The translations under genes and the position numbers were made by a program. The notes beneath the pieces are model-generated. The model saw only the letters and a list, made by a program, of their open reading frames with translations, did not search any database and had not been told where the DNA came from. A stretch of DNA of 64,000 nt from an uncultured Methanosarcinaceae archaeon (GTDB taxonomy: Archaea > Halobacteriota > Methanosarcinia > Methanosarcinales > Methanosarcinaceae): the NCBI GenBank assembly GCA_963833425.1, contig CAWHXP010000013.1, forward strand, positions 96,001 through 160,000. Reading direction: 5' to 3'. This document shows positions 1 to 11,338 of the stretch, piece after piece. The first letter of the stretch is position 1. The number at the start of each line of letters is the position of its first letter.

Positions 1-201
1 AGTTGGAATATCAAGTTCGAAGAAGGAAACGATCCCAATATATCTGATAATACTTTTCAGGAAGATGATAGAGGTAAAACAGTTCATATATTTTCTTTTA
101 ATCGTCACAAGATGGAAAAGAAATTTCTTGTTCTAAATTTTAAATGGAATGACGACTGCAATGCAATTCTCAAGGCTCATTTGCGTCTTAATATCCATTA
201 A
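1..201 (+). CDS. 3' end of a hypothetical protein (partial, begins upstream of the window)
   Basis: Frame 1 is open from base 1 to TAA at 199-201 (SWNIKFEEGNDPNISDNTF...AHLRLNIH*); no family recognised. Confidence 0.4.
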   Translation, partial: SWNIKFEEGNDPNISDNTFQEDDRGKTVHIFSFNRHKMEKKFLVLNFKWNDDCNAILKAHLRLNIH

Positions 202-715
202 GAAATATATTAAGGAAAGTTTAATCAAAAATAACTATTACTATGCAATCAAGTCAAAAAAGAAAAGTATTTAAAGTTTTTTGTAAATTTTTATTTTAAA
301 ATTGTATTCTACTAAATAGAATAGAATTTTAATTTTATTACTCTATTTTATCAAGCAAGCAGTGCACTAAAAGTTAATGATCATTTAAATCCACTAAAAA
401 TTGATGATTTTAGTTTTTGTATCACTTGCATTCGTTCCAATAAATTGTCAATTTTCCCATCGAATATTTCTTCTGTATTTACATTATCTAGAATTTTAAA
501 GATCTTTCGCATAGGATACCAATTACTAAGGTCATTTGAATATCATCTAAGTAATAATTTAATTCGATTGATTCTTCAAAGAAATATAAATCATTAAAAT
601 TCATGTTTTTATTCCACTACGTTCTCATGAATTGGATAATTTTAAACTCATAAAGACGCTCAGATCCTTGTAATTTCTCCTTATAATTCCGACTGAAACT
701 TAGAAAATACAATGA

Positions 716-995
716 TTTTGTGAGAAAACACATAGATTTTTATACAAATACCATGATTAGTAAAAGAGATCAATCCCGTCTTTTGTAGTGGAGAAAGGAT
801 ACAGAGCCATTTTTTTGTGAGAAAACACATAGATTTTTATACAAATACCATGATTAGTAAAAGATATCAATCCTGTCTTTTGTAGTGGAGAAAGGATACA
901 GAGCCATTAAAACACATAGATTTTTATACAAATACCATGATTAGTAAAAGATATCAATCCTGTCTTTTGTAGTGGAGAAAGGGTACAGCGCCATT
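716..995. repeat. Three near-identical tandem copies of an 87-97 bp unit
   Basis: AAAACACATAGATTTTTATACAAATACC...TGTAGTGGAGAAAGGATACAGAGCCATT starts at 725, 822 and 909. Confidence 0.95.
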
Positions 996-1036
996 TAAAG
1001 TTCACAGAACTTTGGGTGGATTGCCAAAAAAATTAA

Positions 1037-1104
1037 AGGATACTTTATAGAGTTGGTCTACTTCCAACCCTTAAATAGTAGACCAACATCTTCAAAGCTA
1101 TCCT
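1037..1104. repeat. Long imperfect inverted repeat (hairpin)
   Basis: GTTGGTCTACT (1052-1062) / AGTAGACCAAC (1077-1087) is a perfect 11-bp stem, extended with bulges to AGGATA/TATCCT. Confidence 0.8.
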
Positions 1105-1559
1105 AATCGGCTTTTTAGTTCTTCTGTGGCTGTGACTTTTTACTTTTATTAATCTGTTCGTTCTGTGATACCTGTGATACAATACATGTTAATCTCCAAA
1201 GTTATTTTAAATTAATTATATGAAAAATAGTTTCTGAACAAAAAATAATCTCGCATAAAATTTTTTGATTGCAAAAAATAAATAAATATCATTAATCATT
1301 TTTTATTATTTAGGAACTCATCAGAACCTAACATTATCTTTCCCTAGAGAATTAATTACTTTGATGTTGTAATTTTTTGACTGGACAAATAATTATAATC
1401 TAAACAAAATAGCGAATAACCAGATTTTGTTCTATGTGTCTGTAAACTCGAATATATCATATATTATAGAGAAACATATAGACATTCCATACTTTAGTGA
1501 AGAGAGTAACCATTATTAAACTGACAAATCAGGCCCCTAAATAGTAATGAAATCAAATA

Positions 1560-2252
1560 AATGATACAGGTTTCATATTCCCAGCATCTTCCAATCTATA
1601 GCTTGATATAGCAACTCTTCCAGTTTTTCTTTCGAAGTAATGTCTAGTTCGATATCTCTCCATGAAGTATTATTCCCTTTTCTGAGAGTGACTTCTTTAA
1701 TCAAGCTAATGATAATCAATTAAGCAATAGACTTTGCTATAATTGACATGTATGCGCATTAGTTTCTAAGATTTACATTTATTTAGGCGTTTTTGCCTTT
1801 ATTTATGTATACTATCTGTCTTTTTATCATGAGATGTTAATTTAATAATCGCAAGTAACATTTTTGTGGAATCCCATTCAGGGAATTGATTTTTCAAATC
1901 TATCCGCATCATTAGTATTAAACATTTTATCAATGTGTTCTATCAATAATATCTCCTGAATTAAGTGCCAATTTAACAAGGTCACACAAATCATTCAAAA
2001 TACCGATAGTTGAGATAAAATGACCGCTATTTACGAATCCAGATTCCCTGCTAGACTAATATTATAGAGAAAATCACCTGTTTGAGATTGTTGATTTCAT
2101 CCAAAACTATTGCATGAGAGACTTTACTCTCCAGCATAACCTTCCATAAGACAGAGTAATATTAATCGAAAGAAAATCCTTTCATCGGGACTTTAGTTTT
2201 TGGATCTACCTGCGAATCATTTCGTATAAACAACTATTCTCAGTATTCTGAA
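1560..2252 (-). pseudogene. cdc6: Cdc6/Orc1-family replication initiator remnant
   Basis: Manual translation across stops and frameshifts: KVPMKGFSFD*YYSVLWK...AIVLDEINNL (Walker B-like), GDFLYNISLAG, FISTIGILNDL (sensor-1-like) and a C-terminal winged-helix-like LIKEVTLRKG...RDIELDITSKEKLEELLYQ. Confidence 0.7.
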
Positions 2253-2271
2253 TTTTATATAAAATGTAAAT

Positions 2272-3099
2272 CCATTTTAAAGCGTGATCCACTAATTTTA
2301 CATTCTAAGCATTATTTAAAAGATAAAATTCGAGTAAATATCCTAATAAGAATAATAATTGAATATATTTTTAAAAAGAGTAAGTTGAAAAGTACTTTCA
2401 TTTTTTGTGTTATTGTTAATGGAAGAATTGAATTTTAGTTTCCCATGAAACTTAGATCGTAAGTGAAATTTTATAGCCCTTTTTTTACTATGGTTAAATC
2501 TCTAAATACACTCTTTTTTGCTTATTTTCTCGATGTTAATACATTTTTGCATTTCCAAGATCTGAACGAATAAAAATAGCTTCCTGAATCATTTCCTTTT
2601 TTATTTTCAACCTAGGCAATTATGTTGGCTTTGAAACTGCCCCCATATTTTTTCTTTGCAGTTATCAATATTTTTTTAATGACCAGACTATGGTAATATC
2701 CTGTGTGCGCTCAGGAGAACTAAGAAATTTCTTGAAAGAAATTCGATCAATGAATTGTTTCTCAAGTTCAAAGTTGGAAAGACCATGCAATTGATGTAAA
2801 AAAGCATCTGTAACATAAGTATTAGGTCAACTTTAGGTATGCTTCAGTAAACTACTTTGCTAAAAAAATATGAACTCAAAAATGAAGCAAAAGGATTTCT
2901 AATTAATTCGGAATCAATTTCACCAAGTTTGTCTTCAACAAACTGAAGACATTTGTATTCTTCTTTAAGCGAAAGTAATTAAGAATTTTCATGAGTAAAA
3001 ATTATTGTTAAGAGACTTAAACTTTCCACTGCTCAAATGCGTCAGAGTTATCTAAATTCTCAAATAACTCGTGAAAATCAGAGATTTATTAAAATCCGC
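2272..3099 (-). mobile_element. Decayed IS5-family element (transposase pseudogene, ATG at 2992)
   Basis: Fragments LKEEYKCLQFVEDKLGEID, QLHGLSNFELEKQFIDRISFKKFL, KIKKEMIQEA; the terminus at 3068-3099 matches the GAGGATTTCGATAAACC-type TIR; left boundary approximate. Confidence 0.75.
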
Positions 3100-3209
3100 A
3101 ATAGTCATTCAGAACCACATCAAATCGGAACTACTGTTCTTCCCAATCTTTTTTGATTTTCAATCTTTGAACCCTTAAACCCAATTTTTTGGAGAATAAC
3201 TATTGATGT

Positions 3210-3965
3210 TTATGCCTCAATTTTCAAAAAGAGCATTATCCCAATTGTGCATATAAAGACTGATAGCGCACCCATTGCTGCAAGATCGTTGTAGACGCCG
3301 AAAGAAGTACTTATTCCGGCAATTGATCCTCTTAAGCCATCTACGCCATAGGTAAGTGGATTTATTTTACTTACTAAATAAATTGCATCAGGCAAATTTT
3401 TGAGGGGGAAGAGAGCTCCTGATAGGAAAAAAATGGGCATTATCAGGAAGTTCAATATCATTTGGAAACCTTGCATATCCTCCATTTTTGAGGCTAGGGT
3501 AAGGCCAAGGCCTGAAAAGAATATGGCTATCAGGAACATGAATATGAGTCCCATCAAAAAACTACCTAGATTGGGAATCCTGAACCCAAACAAATAAGTC
3601 ATGCTTAGCATGAATAGTCCCTGAATCATGGCTATGATTGCACCTCCAAAGGTTTTACCTATCATGATTTCTGTCCTAGAAATCGGAGCTACCATAGTCT
3701 CTTTAAGAAAGCCGAATTGCCTGTCCCAGATGATCTCAAGCCCAGAAAAAATAGCTGTATATAGAATTGCCATGGTTATAATTCCTGGAGCTAGAAAATC
3801 AGTGAAGCTTGCCCCTCCATTGGCTCTGGCATACATCGGACCAAATCCGTATCCGAATGCGATCATGAAAAGTAGAGGCTGGCCAAGAGAACCTATTAGT
3901 CTGGTTTTAGAGCGCCAGTAATGCTTGAGCTGCCTAAGGCAGAGTATATAAACAATTTCAATCAT
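3210..3965 (-). CDS. ABC-2 type exporter permease (DrrB-like)
   Basis: Multiple TM segments; DRQFGFLKE..VAP, FFLSGALFP and NPLTYGVD motifs. Confidence 0.92.
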   Translation of the reverse strand: MIEIVYILCLRQLKHYWRSKTRLIGSLGQPLLFMIAFGYGFGPMYARANGGASFTDFLAPGIITMAILYTAIFSGLEIIWDRQFGFLKETMVAPISRTEIMIGKTFGGAIIAMIQGLFMLSMTYLFGFRIPNLGSFLMGLIFMFLIAIFFSGLGLTLASKMEDMQGFQMILNFLIMPIFFLSGALFPLKNLPDAIYLVSKINPLTYGVDGLRGSIAGISTSFGVYNDLAAMGALSVFICTIGIMLFLKIEA

Positions 3966-4759
3966 TATCTCATCCTCCCCAAACCCCTCATCATTTTTTG
4001 TTTATTTGCTCCATTATTGTCATCACGGATATCTCTACCTGTTAGCTTAAGGAATGCCTCCTCTAATAATTTGGTTTTGGTTCGCCTCTTAATTTCTTCA
4101 ACAGTGCCAGATTCTATAATTTTACCATGATCAATAATCGCGACATTGTTTGCAATTGCTTCAGCTTCTTCCATGTAATGTGTTGTTAGAAAAACCGTCA
4201 TTTTTTGTTCTTCGTTCAATTCCCTAATGTGACTCCAGATAGCGTTTCTTGTCTGAGGGTCAAGGCCCACTGTGGGTTCATCTAGGAAAAGAATTTGGGG
4301 ATAATGAACAAGTGCCCGTGCAATCTCAAGCCTACGCTTCATCCCACCTGAATAATTTTTTACATAATCGTTCCACCTATCGCAAAGTCCAACAATTTCA
4401 AGGGCTTTCTGAATCCTTTCTGCTCTTTCTTTTTTAGGTACTTTGTAGACAACTGCGTGATAGACCATGTTTTCGTAGGCTGTAAGAACTTCATCAAGGC
4501 TACTGTCTTGGAAGACAATCCCAAAAGATTCACGAGCCTTACTTTGTTCTTTGAGTACATCGAAACCATTAATGCTTATTTCTCCGGATGTGGGCTTCAG
4601 GACGGTTGTGAGCATTTTTATTGTCGTTGATTTGCCTGCACCATTTGGACCTAAAAAAGCGAATATCGAACCTTTTTCAATATTAAAGCTGATGTCATTT
4701 ACAGCGGTAAGATCATCAAATTTTTTAGTAAGGGATTGGACTACGAGTATATTTTTCAT
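3965..4759 (-). CDS. ABC exporter ATP-binding protein (DrrA-like)
   Basis: Walker [10 protein letters not shown], signature YSGGMKRR, Walker B LFLDEPT, H-loop LTTHY. Confidence 0.95.
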   Translation of the reverse strand: MKNILVVQSLTKKFDDLTAVNDISFNIEKGSIFAFLGPNGAGKSTTIKMLTTVLKPTSGEISINGFDVLKEQSKARESFGIVFQDSSLDEVLTAYENMVYHAVVYKVPKKERAERIQKALEIVGLCDRWNDYVKNYSGGMKRRLEIARALVHYPQILFLDEPTVGLDPQTRNAIWSHIRELNEEQKMTVFLTTHYMEEAEAIANNVAIIDHGKIIESGTVEEIKRRTKTKLLEEAFLKLTGRDIRDDNNGANKQKMMRGLGRMR

Positions 4760-5116
4760 GATTGATCCTTGTATTTTTTTTCAATTAAAAAAATATTAAA
4801 TTTATACAAATTTTATTTTAAAAGTTCCTTAGATACGCAGATTTGCAGGAAGAATCCTGCGCGATATTCAAAAAGAAATATTTTCCACGATTTGGGTAGT
4901 GGGACAATATTTATAAATTTTGTTCCATTTTCAGCACTTGCACATATTTAAAGGCACTTGATTCTTTAGGACTTAATCTGTTTGACTAAAAAATCATAGC
5001 AATAAAACCTAATTACTTTAATATAAATTTGAAATCATGATGTATATTCTGCTTGTTTTGTTTTTTAATTGAATAAGTCCTTATTACTGCTTGGAGCCTA
5101 TTATAATTACTATTTT

Positions 5117-5209
5117 AAAGGATTTCGATAAAGCCATAAATTTTGTCCTATGTTTATAAATTATATAAAACTAATTCTTGAAAATCAGAGGTTTATCAAT
5201 AATCCTCTT
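5117..5209. mobile_element. IS5-derived MITE (~90 bp)
   Basis: AGGATTTCGATAAAGCC ... GGTTTATCAATAATCCTC termini; internal similarity to four other copies. Confidence 0.75.
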
Positions 5210-5223
5210 TGATCTCTATCTTT

Positions 5224-5640
5224 GGAATGCGTGTTCATTAGAGCCTAGCTGCATTCAATGTAATCTTCCTAACGACTTAGATAGCTGATGAGAATTCATC
5301 GGAATCAAAACACTTAAGTAGGAATTCATTTATCTCGAATCCTATTCTCTCCATATTTGGCTTTAATTTTTGTCAATTTCTGTAAAATACAGCCCTTTGA
5401 TTCTTTTGCCTTCCGGATCTATTTTACGGTAAATAATACCTTCTTCTTCCAATCTCAATATAGATTTTGAGATCATCGTTTTATTAAATCCTTTTGATCG
5501 TTTAAAGCCATCGTGGCTGCAGCCTTCTTGATCATACAGTGACATCAGAATAGAGAAATGCCCCGTCCAATATGATACTAACCAGGTTCTCTAGCAAAAT
5601 ACTTATGGATATTTACATAGGAAAATTTGCATTTGGTCAT
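5224..5640 (-). pseudogene. MarR-family regulator pseudogene upstream of the ABC exporter
   Basis: KTMISKSILRLEEEGIIYRKIDPEGKRIKGLYFTE is MarR winged-helix-like; truncated by stop/frameshift; boundaries approximate. Confidence 0.7.
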
Positions 5641-6003
5641 CATACAGGATAACAAATGCTGTTAAACCAAGAACTTCATCTAAAAATTTTAACATTGTCT
5701 ATTTTTATACTCAGATATATTTTTTGCTAAAATACACGTCTATATCTTTCTGAAAAAATTATGATTATCAGAAGAAAACCTTAGACAATAGATTAGGTAA
5801 TGTTCAAATTTGATATTTTTTATACTGCTCATTGAGGAATACTGAGACAAAAATTAAGTGTCGGGATATTAGTGGAGTGGTTTAAGTAAATGGATGAATA
5901 ATACATAAAAGAGAGATTTTAGTGAAATAATTTGACTATTATCTATTTCCCCTTAGCATATAGATTATTTTTTATTTTCTCTCTTTTATCAATTTTTTTC
6001 TTT

Positions 6004-7713
6004 TCACATAGATTCAGGGGCTGTGATTCCGAGAGTATCAAGGGAATTTGCAAGCACAATCCTTGCACATTCTACAAGGGCTAGTCTTGCAGCCCTGACG
6101 TTTTCATTCTCTGTGGAAATGACCGGAATAAAATGATAGAACTGATTAAAAGCATCGGCGAGTTCGCGAGCATAGATTGCAAGCAAATGAGGTTTGAGTT
6201 CAAGGGCTCCAAGATCTATTATATGATCAAACATTGCCATCTTTTTGATCAGATTTATTTCGCTGTCCTCAACAAGTAAAGAGGGATCTGTTTCCAAGAA
6301 AGATTTTAAAGTAGCATCCCCTTTTGTCTTTTCGAGGATACTGGAAGCGCGGGCATAGGAATATTGGATATAAGGAGCTCCCTGCTTCTCAAAGTCCAGA
6401 GCATTGTTCCAATTGAAAACCGTAGATTTTTCTGGGGAGACCTTGACTATATCGTATCTCACTGAACCTATTCCGATCATTTCTGCAACCTCCTTCTTGA
6501 AATCATCAGATGTTTCCGGACGGCGCGTATCTACCTGTTCGAAGGCAGCTTCAACGACCCTGTCAAAGAGTTCATCAGCACTTATAAACTGGCCACTGCG
6601 TGTGCTCATTGAGCCTTCGGGGAGAGATACAAACTCGAAGATCACAATCTCAGGTTCCTTGATTCCGATCGCATTCAGCGTAGCCCTGAGCTGGCCAGAT
6701 ATCAGCTTGTGATCCGCCCCAAGTACATCAATTACACGATCTGTCTGGCTTACTTTCCATTCGTGATAAGCAAGATCTCTGGTAGTATAAAGAGAAGTTC
6801 CATTTGATCGCTGTATTACGAGGGTTTTCTCAAACCCGTAGTCAGAAAGGTTTACCACAACGGCTCCGTTATCAATTTTAGTTCTTCCAGTAGCCTTGAT
6901 CCGCTCGATTATATCGTTTACTGCTCCAGATTTAAGGAAACCAGATTCATTGACGAACTTATCGTGGGCTACGTTTAACCGAAGAAGAGTCTCCTTGATT
7001 CCGGTAATTGCTAGGGCAACAGCTTTATCAAAGCTTTCTATGGTCTTGAGGTCTCCAGCTTCCACATTTTTCATAAGAGCATCTATTTCATTTACATATC
7101 CTGAATTTTTATTTAATTCAGTGTTTGCCTTAATATATATGTCCGCAATAGCAGCATCTGGTTTTTTGGAACGGTCAAGCTCAAAGTGCTCACATGCCCA
7201 GGAGACTACAGCAATCTGGCGTCCCATATCATTGACATAGTACTGCACTTCCACATTGTACCCTGCGCGCTTGAGAATACGAGCAAGAGTATCTCCGATA
7301 ATTGAATTACGGATGTGTCCCACATGCAAGGGGCCGTTAGGGTTTGCAGAGGTATGTTCAAGGATGATCGTATCCTTTTTGAATCCGCAACCGAATTTTT
7401 CTTTCTCTTCCAGGATTGTGGCTATTGTCCTAGTCAAGTAGTGTCTACCCACATGGAAATTAATGTAAGGACCTGAGGAATTTACTTCCCTTATATACGA
7501 ACCATCCGGAATTTTAACTGCAGAAACAATGCATGATGCAATGTATGTGGGATTTTGTCTGTGAAGACTCGCTAGCCTGAAGGCAGCCCTGCTTGCAAGG
7601 TCTGCATGAGAAGAAGCTTCAAAATAAAGTTCGGAATCCTTAACATCAAACCCGATTTTCCGGATAGCATCCTTTAAGATCGATATAGCCTGAGATTTGA
7701 GTTCCATAAACAA
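6004..7713 (-). CDS. argS: Arginine--tRNA ligase
   Basis: EHTSANPNGPLHVGH (HIGH-type), MSTRSG, APYIQYSYAR motifs. Confidence 0.97.
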   Translation of the reverse strand: MFMELKSQAISILKDAIRKIGFDVKDSELYFEASSHADLASRAAFRLASLHRQNPTYIASCIVSAVKIPDGSYIREVNSSGPYINFHVGRHYLTRTIATILEEKEKFGCGFKKDTIILEHTSANPNGPLHVGHIRNSIIGDTLARILKRAGYNVEVQYYVNDMGRQIAVVSWACEHFELDRSKKPDAAIADIYIKANTELNKNSGYVNEIDALMKNVEAGDLKTIESFDKAVALAITGIKETLLRLNVAHDKFVNESGFLKSGAVNDIIERIKATGRTKIDNGAVVVNLSDYGFEKTLVIQRSNGTSLYTTRDLAYHEWKVSQTDRVIDVLGADHKLISGQLRATLNAIGIKEPEIVIFEFVSLPEGSMSTRSGQFISADELFDRVVEAAFEQVDTRRPETSDDFKKEVAEMIGIGSVRYDIVKVSPEKSTVFNWNNALDFEKQGAPYIQYSYARASSILEKTKGDATLKSFLETDPSLLVEDSEINLIKKMAMFDHIIDLGALELKPHLLAIYARELADAFNQFYHFIPVISTENENVRAARLALVECARIVLANSLDTLGITAPESM

Positions 7714-7958
7714 GATAAATCACCTGTAAAAACTATGAAAACAATATGATAACATTAATTTAGATATTTTTTAATAACTTCTGGAATAGTAAAAATTTAC
7801 TATTGATTCCATTGGCAATTGACTACAATCGATCCAAATCCAGAAAATAATAAAAAATCTATTTATTTACTAAATTTTGATCCACTGATCTAAGGCCAGT
7901 TCAATTAAAAAGTATTATAAAAAGGTACTTGATATGGGAGCAGATCTCACTAGTGAAA

Positions 7959-9206
7959 TCAGACCCCTGTATTGTACCTCAGAATTGCAGCAAGACCTCC
8001 AAAGGCATTCAAGAGCTGTGAACCTTCGTCAAAGTCAGTAGACACGAAAATAACTTTTGCATTGCTTTTATCAGCAAGCGCTGATAGCTCATCAACGATA
8101 TCAGTTACATCTGTTACATCAAGGGAAGAACCGCACTTTGGGCAGTTTCCGGCTGTAGGAGCAGATTCGCCTGGTTTCCAGCGCCTCGTCCATTTATTTT
8201 CGTATCCGCAAACGCTGCATTTCGTGGTAACCCTTTCAGCCCGTAGATCTTCGGAAAGCAAAAGCATTTCTACAGCATTAATTTCGAGGTTTGCCCGGAC
8301 CTGAGTTTCTCCATAAGCTACTTTCCCTGAGTCAGAAATAAGTTCTTTGAAAAAGGCCTTGACAGCATTTTTTTGTCCCATAAGCTCAAGATCCTGTAAC
8401 TTTTCTCCTGCAGCATTCAACAGCTCGGAAAGTCCGGATTCATCCGTGTAAGATATATCGAATAGTCCAATAATTTTCCTCTGGAGCTCATGATGCAGAA
8501 ACTCCCCTGCATAGAATTCTTCTTTTGTCGGAGAAGGCCCACCTATAAGGACTCCTTTCAAATCCTTATGATCAATGGAAAGGAAGATTTCACTTGCAGC
8601 ATCACCTATTCTTTTATAAAAATCATGGATAGCAATGAGCCTGAGCTGCTGAAAACGGTGGGCACTCTGCCCTCCTTTCCTCTGCTTCCCCGGAACTGTG
8701 GAAGTAAGATGACGGAAGGCTTGTATTCGCTTACCAACTAGCAACCCTACAGTAGCTTCTCGGCGATCCAAAACCAAAAGCCCGAAGGTATTTTTGTCTT
8801 TGAGCATATCTTCAAGAGGCTCGAGGTAAAAGGTGGAATTGCAGTGATATTTATAAGCTGTAATCGGCTCCGGAGGAATTATCACCTCACTTTCCATGTT
8901 GGTCTTGTTGGCCCCGATGTCCACAGCTCCTGTAAAGTAAACTATACCATTTTCAGGTACTTTATCAAGATATTTCAGCCTTGATAAAAGAGATTCAAGG
9001 GCTCCCTGTACATTCGTCCTGGTAAGCTTGGACTTAATGTTTGCAGCTTGCCCGTGCTCTTCTTTCAACTGGTTTGTAACATCATAAATCTGCTTGTCTA
9101 GAGGAATATAAAGAGTAATTAGCTCAGTACTTCTTCCTTTCTTATCCCTGAGACTTTCAAGCTTCTTTTTAAATTCGTACTTTTGATGTGCGGATTGTTC
9201 AGTCAT
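7959..9206 (-). CDS. prf1: Peptide chain release factor aRF1
   Basis: NIKS and GGQS motifs, YxC motif, C-terminal zinc ribbon, FGGLAAILRY end. Confidence 0.97.
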   Translation of the reverse strand: MTEQSAHQKYEFKKKLESLRDKKGRSTELITLYIPLDKQIYDVTNQLKEEHGQAANIKSKLTRTNVQGALESLLSRLKYLDKVPENGIVYFTGAVDIGANKTNMESEVIIPPEPITAYKYHCNSTFYLEPLEDMLKDKNTFGLLVLDRREATVGLLVGKRIQAFRHLTSTVPGKQRKGGQSAHRFQQLRLIAIHDFYKRIGDAASEIFLSIDHKDLKGVLIGGPSPTKEEFYAGEFLHHELQRKIIGLFDISYTDESGLSELLNAAGEKLQDLELMGQKNAVKAFFKELISDSGKVAYGETQVRANLEINAVEMLLLSEDLRAERVTTKCSVCGYENKWTRRWKPGESAPTAGNCPKCGSSLDVTDVTDIVDELSALADKSNAKVIFVSTDFDEGSQLLNAFGGLAAILRYNTGV

Positions 9207-9732
9207 TGCAAAAATTCTCCAATAGGCAAGTGATTAAATTCTGTATTTCCGGCAAATTTGATTTTAAATTCGTTATCTAAATAGATGCAGTTATATTTGA
9301 ATTGAAATTTGAGATTGTCATATTTAAGAAATATTTGAGATTGTAAATCTAAGAAATTGTATGATACCATCAATTTGATCTCGTAATAAATTTAGTTATT
9401 CAGTTTACATTTTGTTTAGCTTTTCGGTTAACTTGACAATAGTGAACTAGAAATTTGATAAAGAAAAATCAAACAACAAATTCCCGTCTCAACTTAAATG
9501 TATAATCTAAAAATCGCGCAGACACGAAGAACCTGAAAGAGGAATCGATCTGCTAGAGAAACTGGCAACTCAAAAATTTCAGTAATCAGTTAACTCCCTT
9601 ATGCTGTGCAAACCTATCTGATTTCGTATTCTGTTGATCGAACTAAATATGAGACATAATTTTACTTAAATTGTATCTATTGGCTTAAAATTGGATCATC
9701 CCTAATGAAAGTGTATTCTAATTGAAACTTAA

Positions 9733-9821
9733 GACGATTTCGATAAACCCCACTTTTTAGTAGATAGTTTATAAAGGGTATATAAGCAATTTGTTGAAAT
9801 CAGAGGTTTATCGAAATCCTC
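9733..9821. mobile_element. IS5-derived MITE inserted at TTAA in a palindrome
   Basis: GACGATTTCGATAAACC ... GGTTTATCGAAATCCTC with TTAA on both sides. Confidence 0.8.
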
Positions 9822-10197
9822 TTAAGTTTCAATTTGTTTTTGTGGCTGGACTGAGATAATATATCCATATAAAGATAAAAATATTCATGTACATTTATCT
9901 TTGCTTCAAATTATTGGTTTACTGAGATAAACACTTGTTCTTTATTAATTTGATTGGTTTCTAAAGTGCACTAGTTTAAGTTTTTTGGTCTTTCTCGTCC
10001 CGCATCCATCGTCGTGAGCTAGATCAAATGTGCTTCAGTACATGAAAACAAAAATTTCGTTACGATAGAAATTTAATTATGAAAGCATCAAGAATTAATC
10101 ATGAAATAAAGTCTGAAATAACTCTAATTTGAATTTAAAAACTCAAGTCTTGGATTTAAATTTACCAGTTTAAATTTTAGTCCAATTGCCTATCTCT

Positions 10198-11211
10198 TCA
10201 TAGTGTGGTTTTCCCATTCTTAGAGAGTAGTACAACCCTACTAATCTCAGATTCGTCTACTATTTCGTACCCCAGGTATTTTGCAAGTTCTTTTGAGAAC
10301 TCTAGAACCTCTATATGAGTGGGCATGGAAGATCGGTCAAGACGAAGCCGTGAAAACCCCAGATGCATATAAGCTTTTATTTCGACAAAATCAGGGGAAG
10401 CTTTTTTAATCAGCTCAGCATAACCCTCTGACCTAAACATATTTTCTCCCTTGACCAGCGTTGTACGAATGACTGTCCGTGATCTTAGATCTCCTAGCAG
10501 GGACAGAGATTCGTTGATTTTTTCCCAGAGCATAGCAGATTTTGGCTTACAGATTTTCAGATAAGTTTCCAGGTCAGGAGCATCAAGACTCATATACAAC
10601 TGGGAAGGGAAAATTTTAGTAAGCATCTCAGGATTCGTTCCATTCGTGACCAAAAAAACCGTAAAGCCCATTTTTTTGTATTCCTCGATCAGCTCTGGCA
10701 AGTAAGGATAAATGGTCGGCTCTCCAGACAGGGAAATTGCGACATTATTCGGCTCATTGCTCTCAATCCAACGTTCCTTAATTGCGATCTGAGAACCACC
10801 AAACCCCGTAATCAGTTTGCTCTGGCATGCAATGCTTTCTTCTACAATCTTTCTGGGGGAATCCCATTCATCAGGAATAGGAACAGGGATCTCAGTGGGT
10901 CGCCAGCAAAAGACGCACCTCTGGTTGCATATAAGAGTAGGAGTCATCTGGAGGCAGCGGTGAGATTGTACTCCGTAAAATTTGGATTTATAGCAGAAGC
11001 CTTGCCCGTTCATAGCGTGTTTAAGCCAAAGGCATGTCTTAACGGCCGAGTGGCGCCCTGCGAGAGCATATCCCTGTTTTCTCAGAAGGGTATTTAAATC
11101 AGGGAAATCAAAAGACAAAGGAATATGCTTTTCGTTTCGGTTTTCTTTCTGAACAATCGATAAATCTTCTTCGAAGTCCTCCTTCTTTTCTTCCAGAGGC
11201 ATTTGCAGCAT
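10198..11211 (-). CDS. taw1: 4-demethylwyosine synthase (radical SAM, Taw1/TYW1)
   Basis: HSAVKTCLW, CYKSKFYG..SHRC, CNQRCVFCWR (CxxxCxxC), SLSGEPT. Confidence 0.95.
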   Translation of the reverse strand: MLQMPLEEKKEDFEEDLSIVQKENRNEKHIPLSFDFPDLNTLLRKQGYALAGRHSAVKTCLWLKHAMNGQGFCYKSKFYGVQSHRCLQMTPTLICNQRCVFCWRPTEIPVPIPDEWDSPRKIVEESIACQSKLITGFGGSQIAIKERWIESNEPNNVAISLSGEPTIYPYLPELIEEYKKMGFTVFLVTNGTNPEMLTKIFPSQLYMSLDAPDLETYLKICKPKSAMLWEKINESLSLLGDLRSRTVIRTTLVKGENMFRSEGYAELIKKASPDFVEIKAYMHLGFSRLRLDRSSMPTHIEVLEFSKELAKYLGYEIVDESEISRVVLLSKNGKTTL

Positions 11212-11338
11212 ATTAAATCCTAGATGTATATATAAGGATCGGGCAATAATTTTAGATAAATTTATGGCCTACAAGAATTTTTTGAATTGCCTATTCGCGT
11301 AAATCCAATCATTGGAGTTAAAATTTTTCAGGCCAAAT

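Noticed and set aside
716..995. CRISPR array
   Set aside because: Whole units are repeated with no unique spacers, and there are no cas genes in the window
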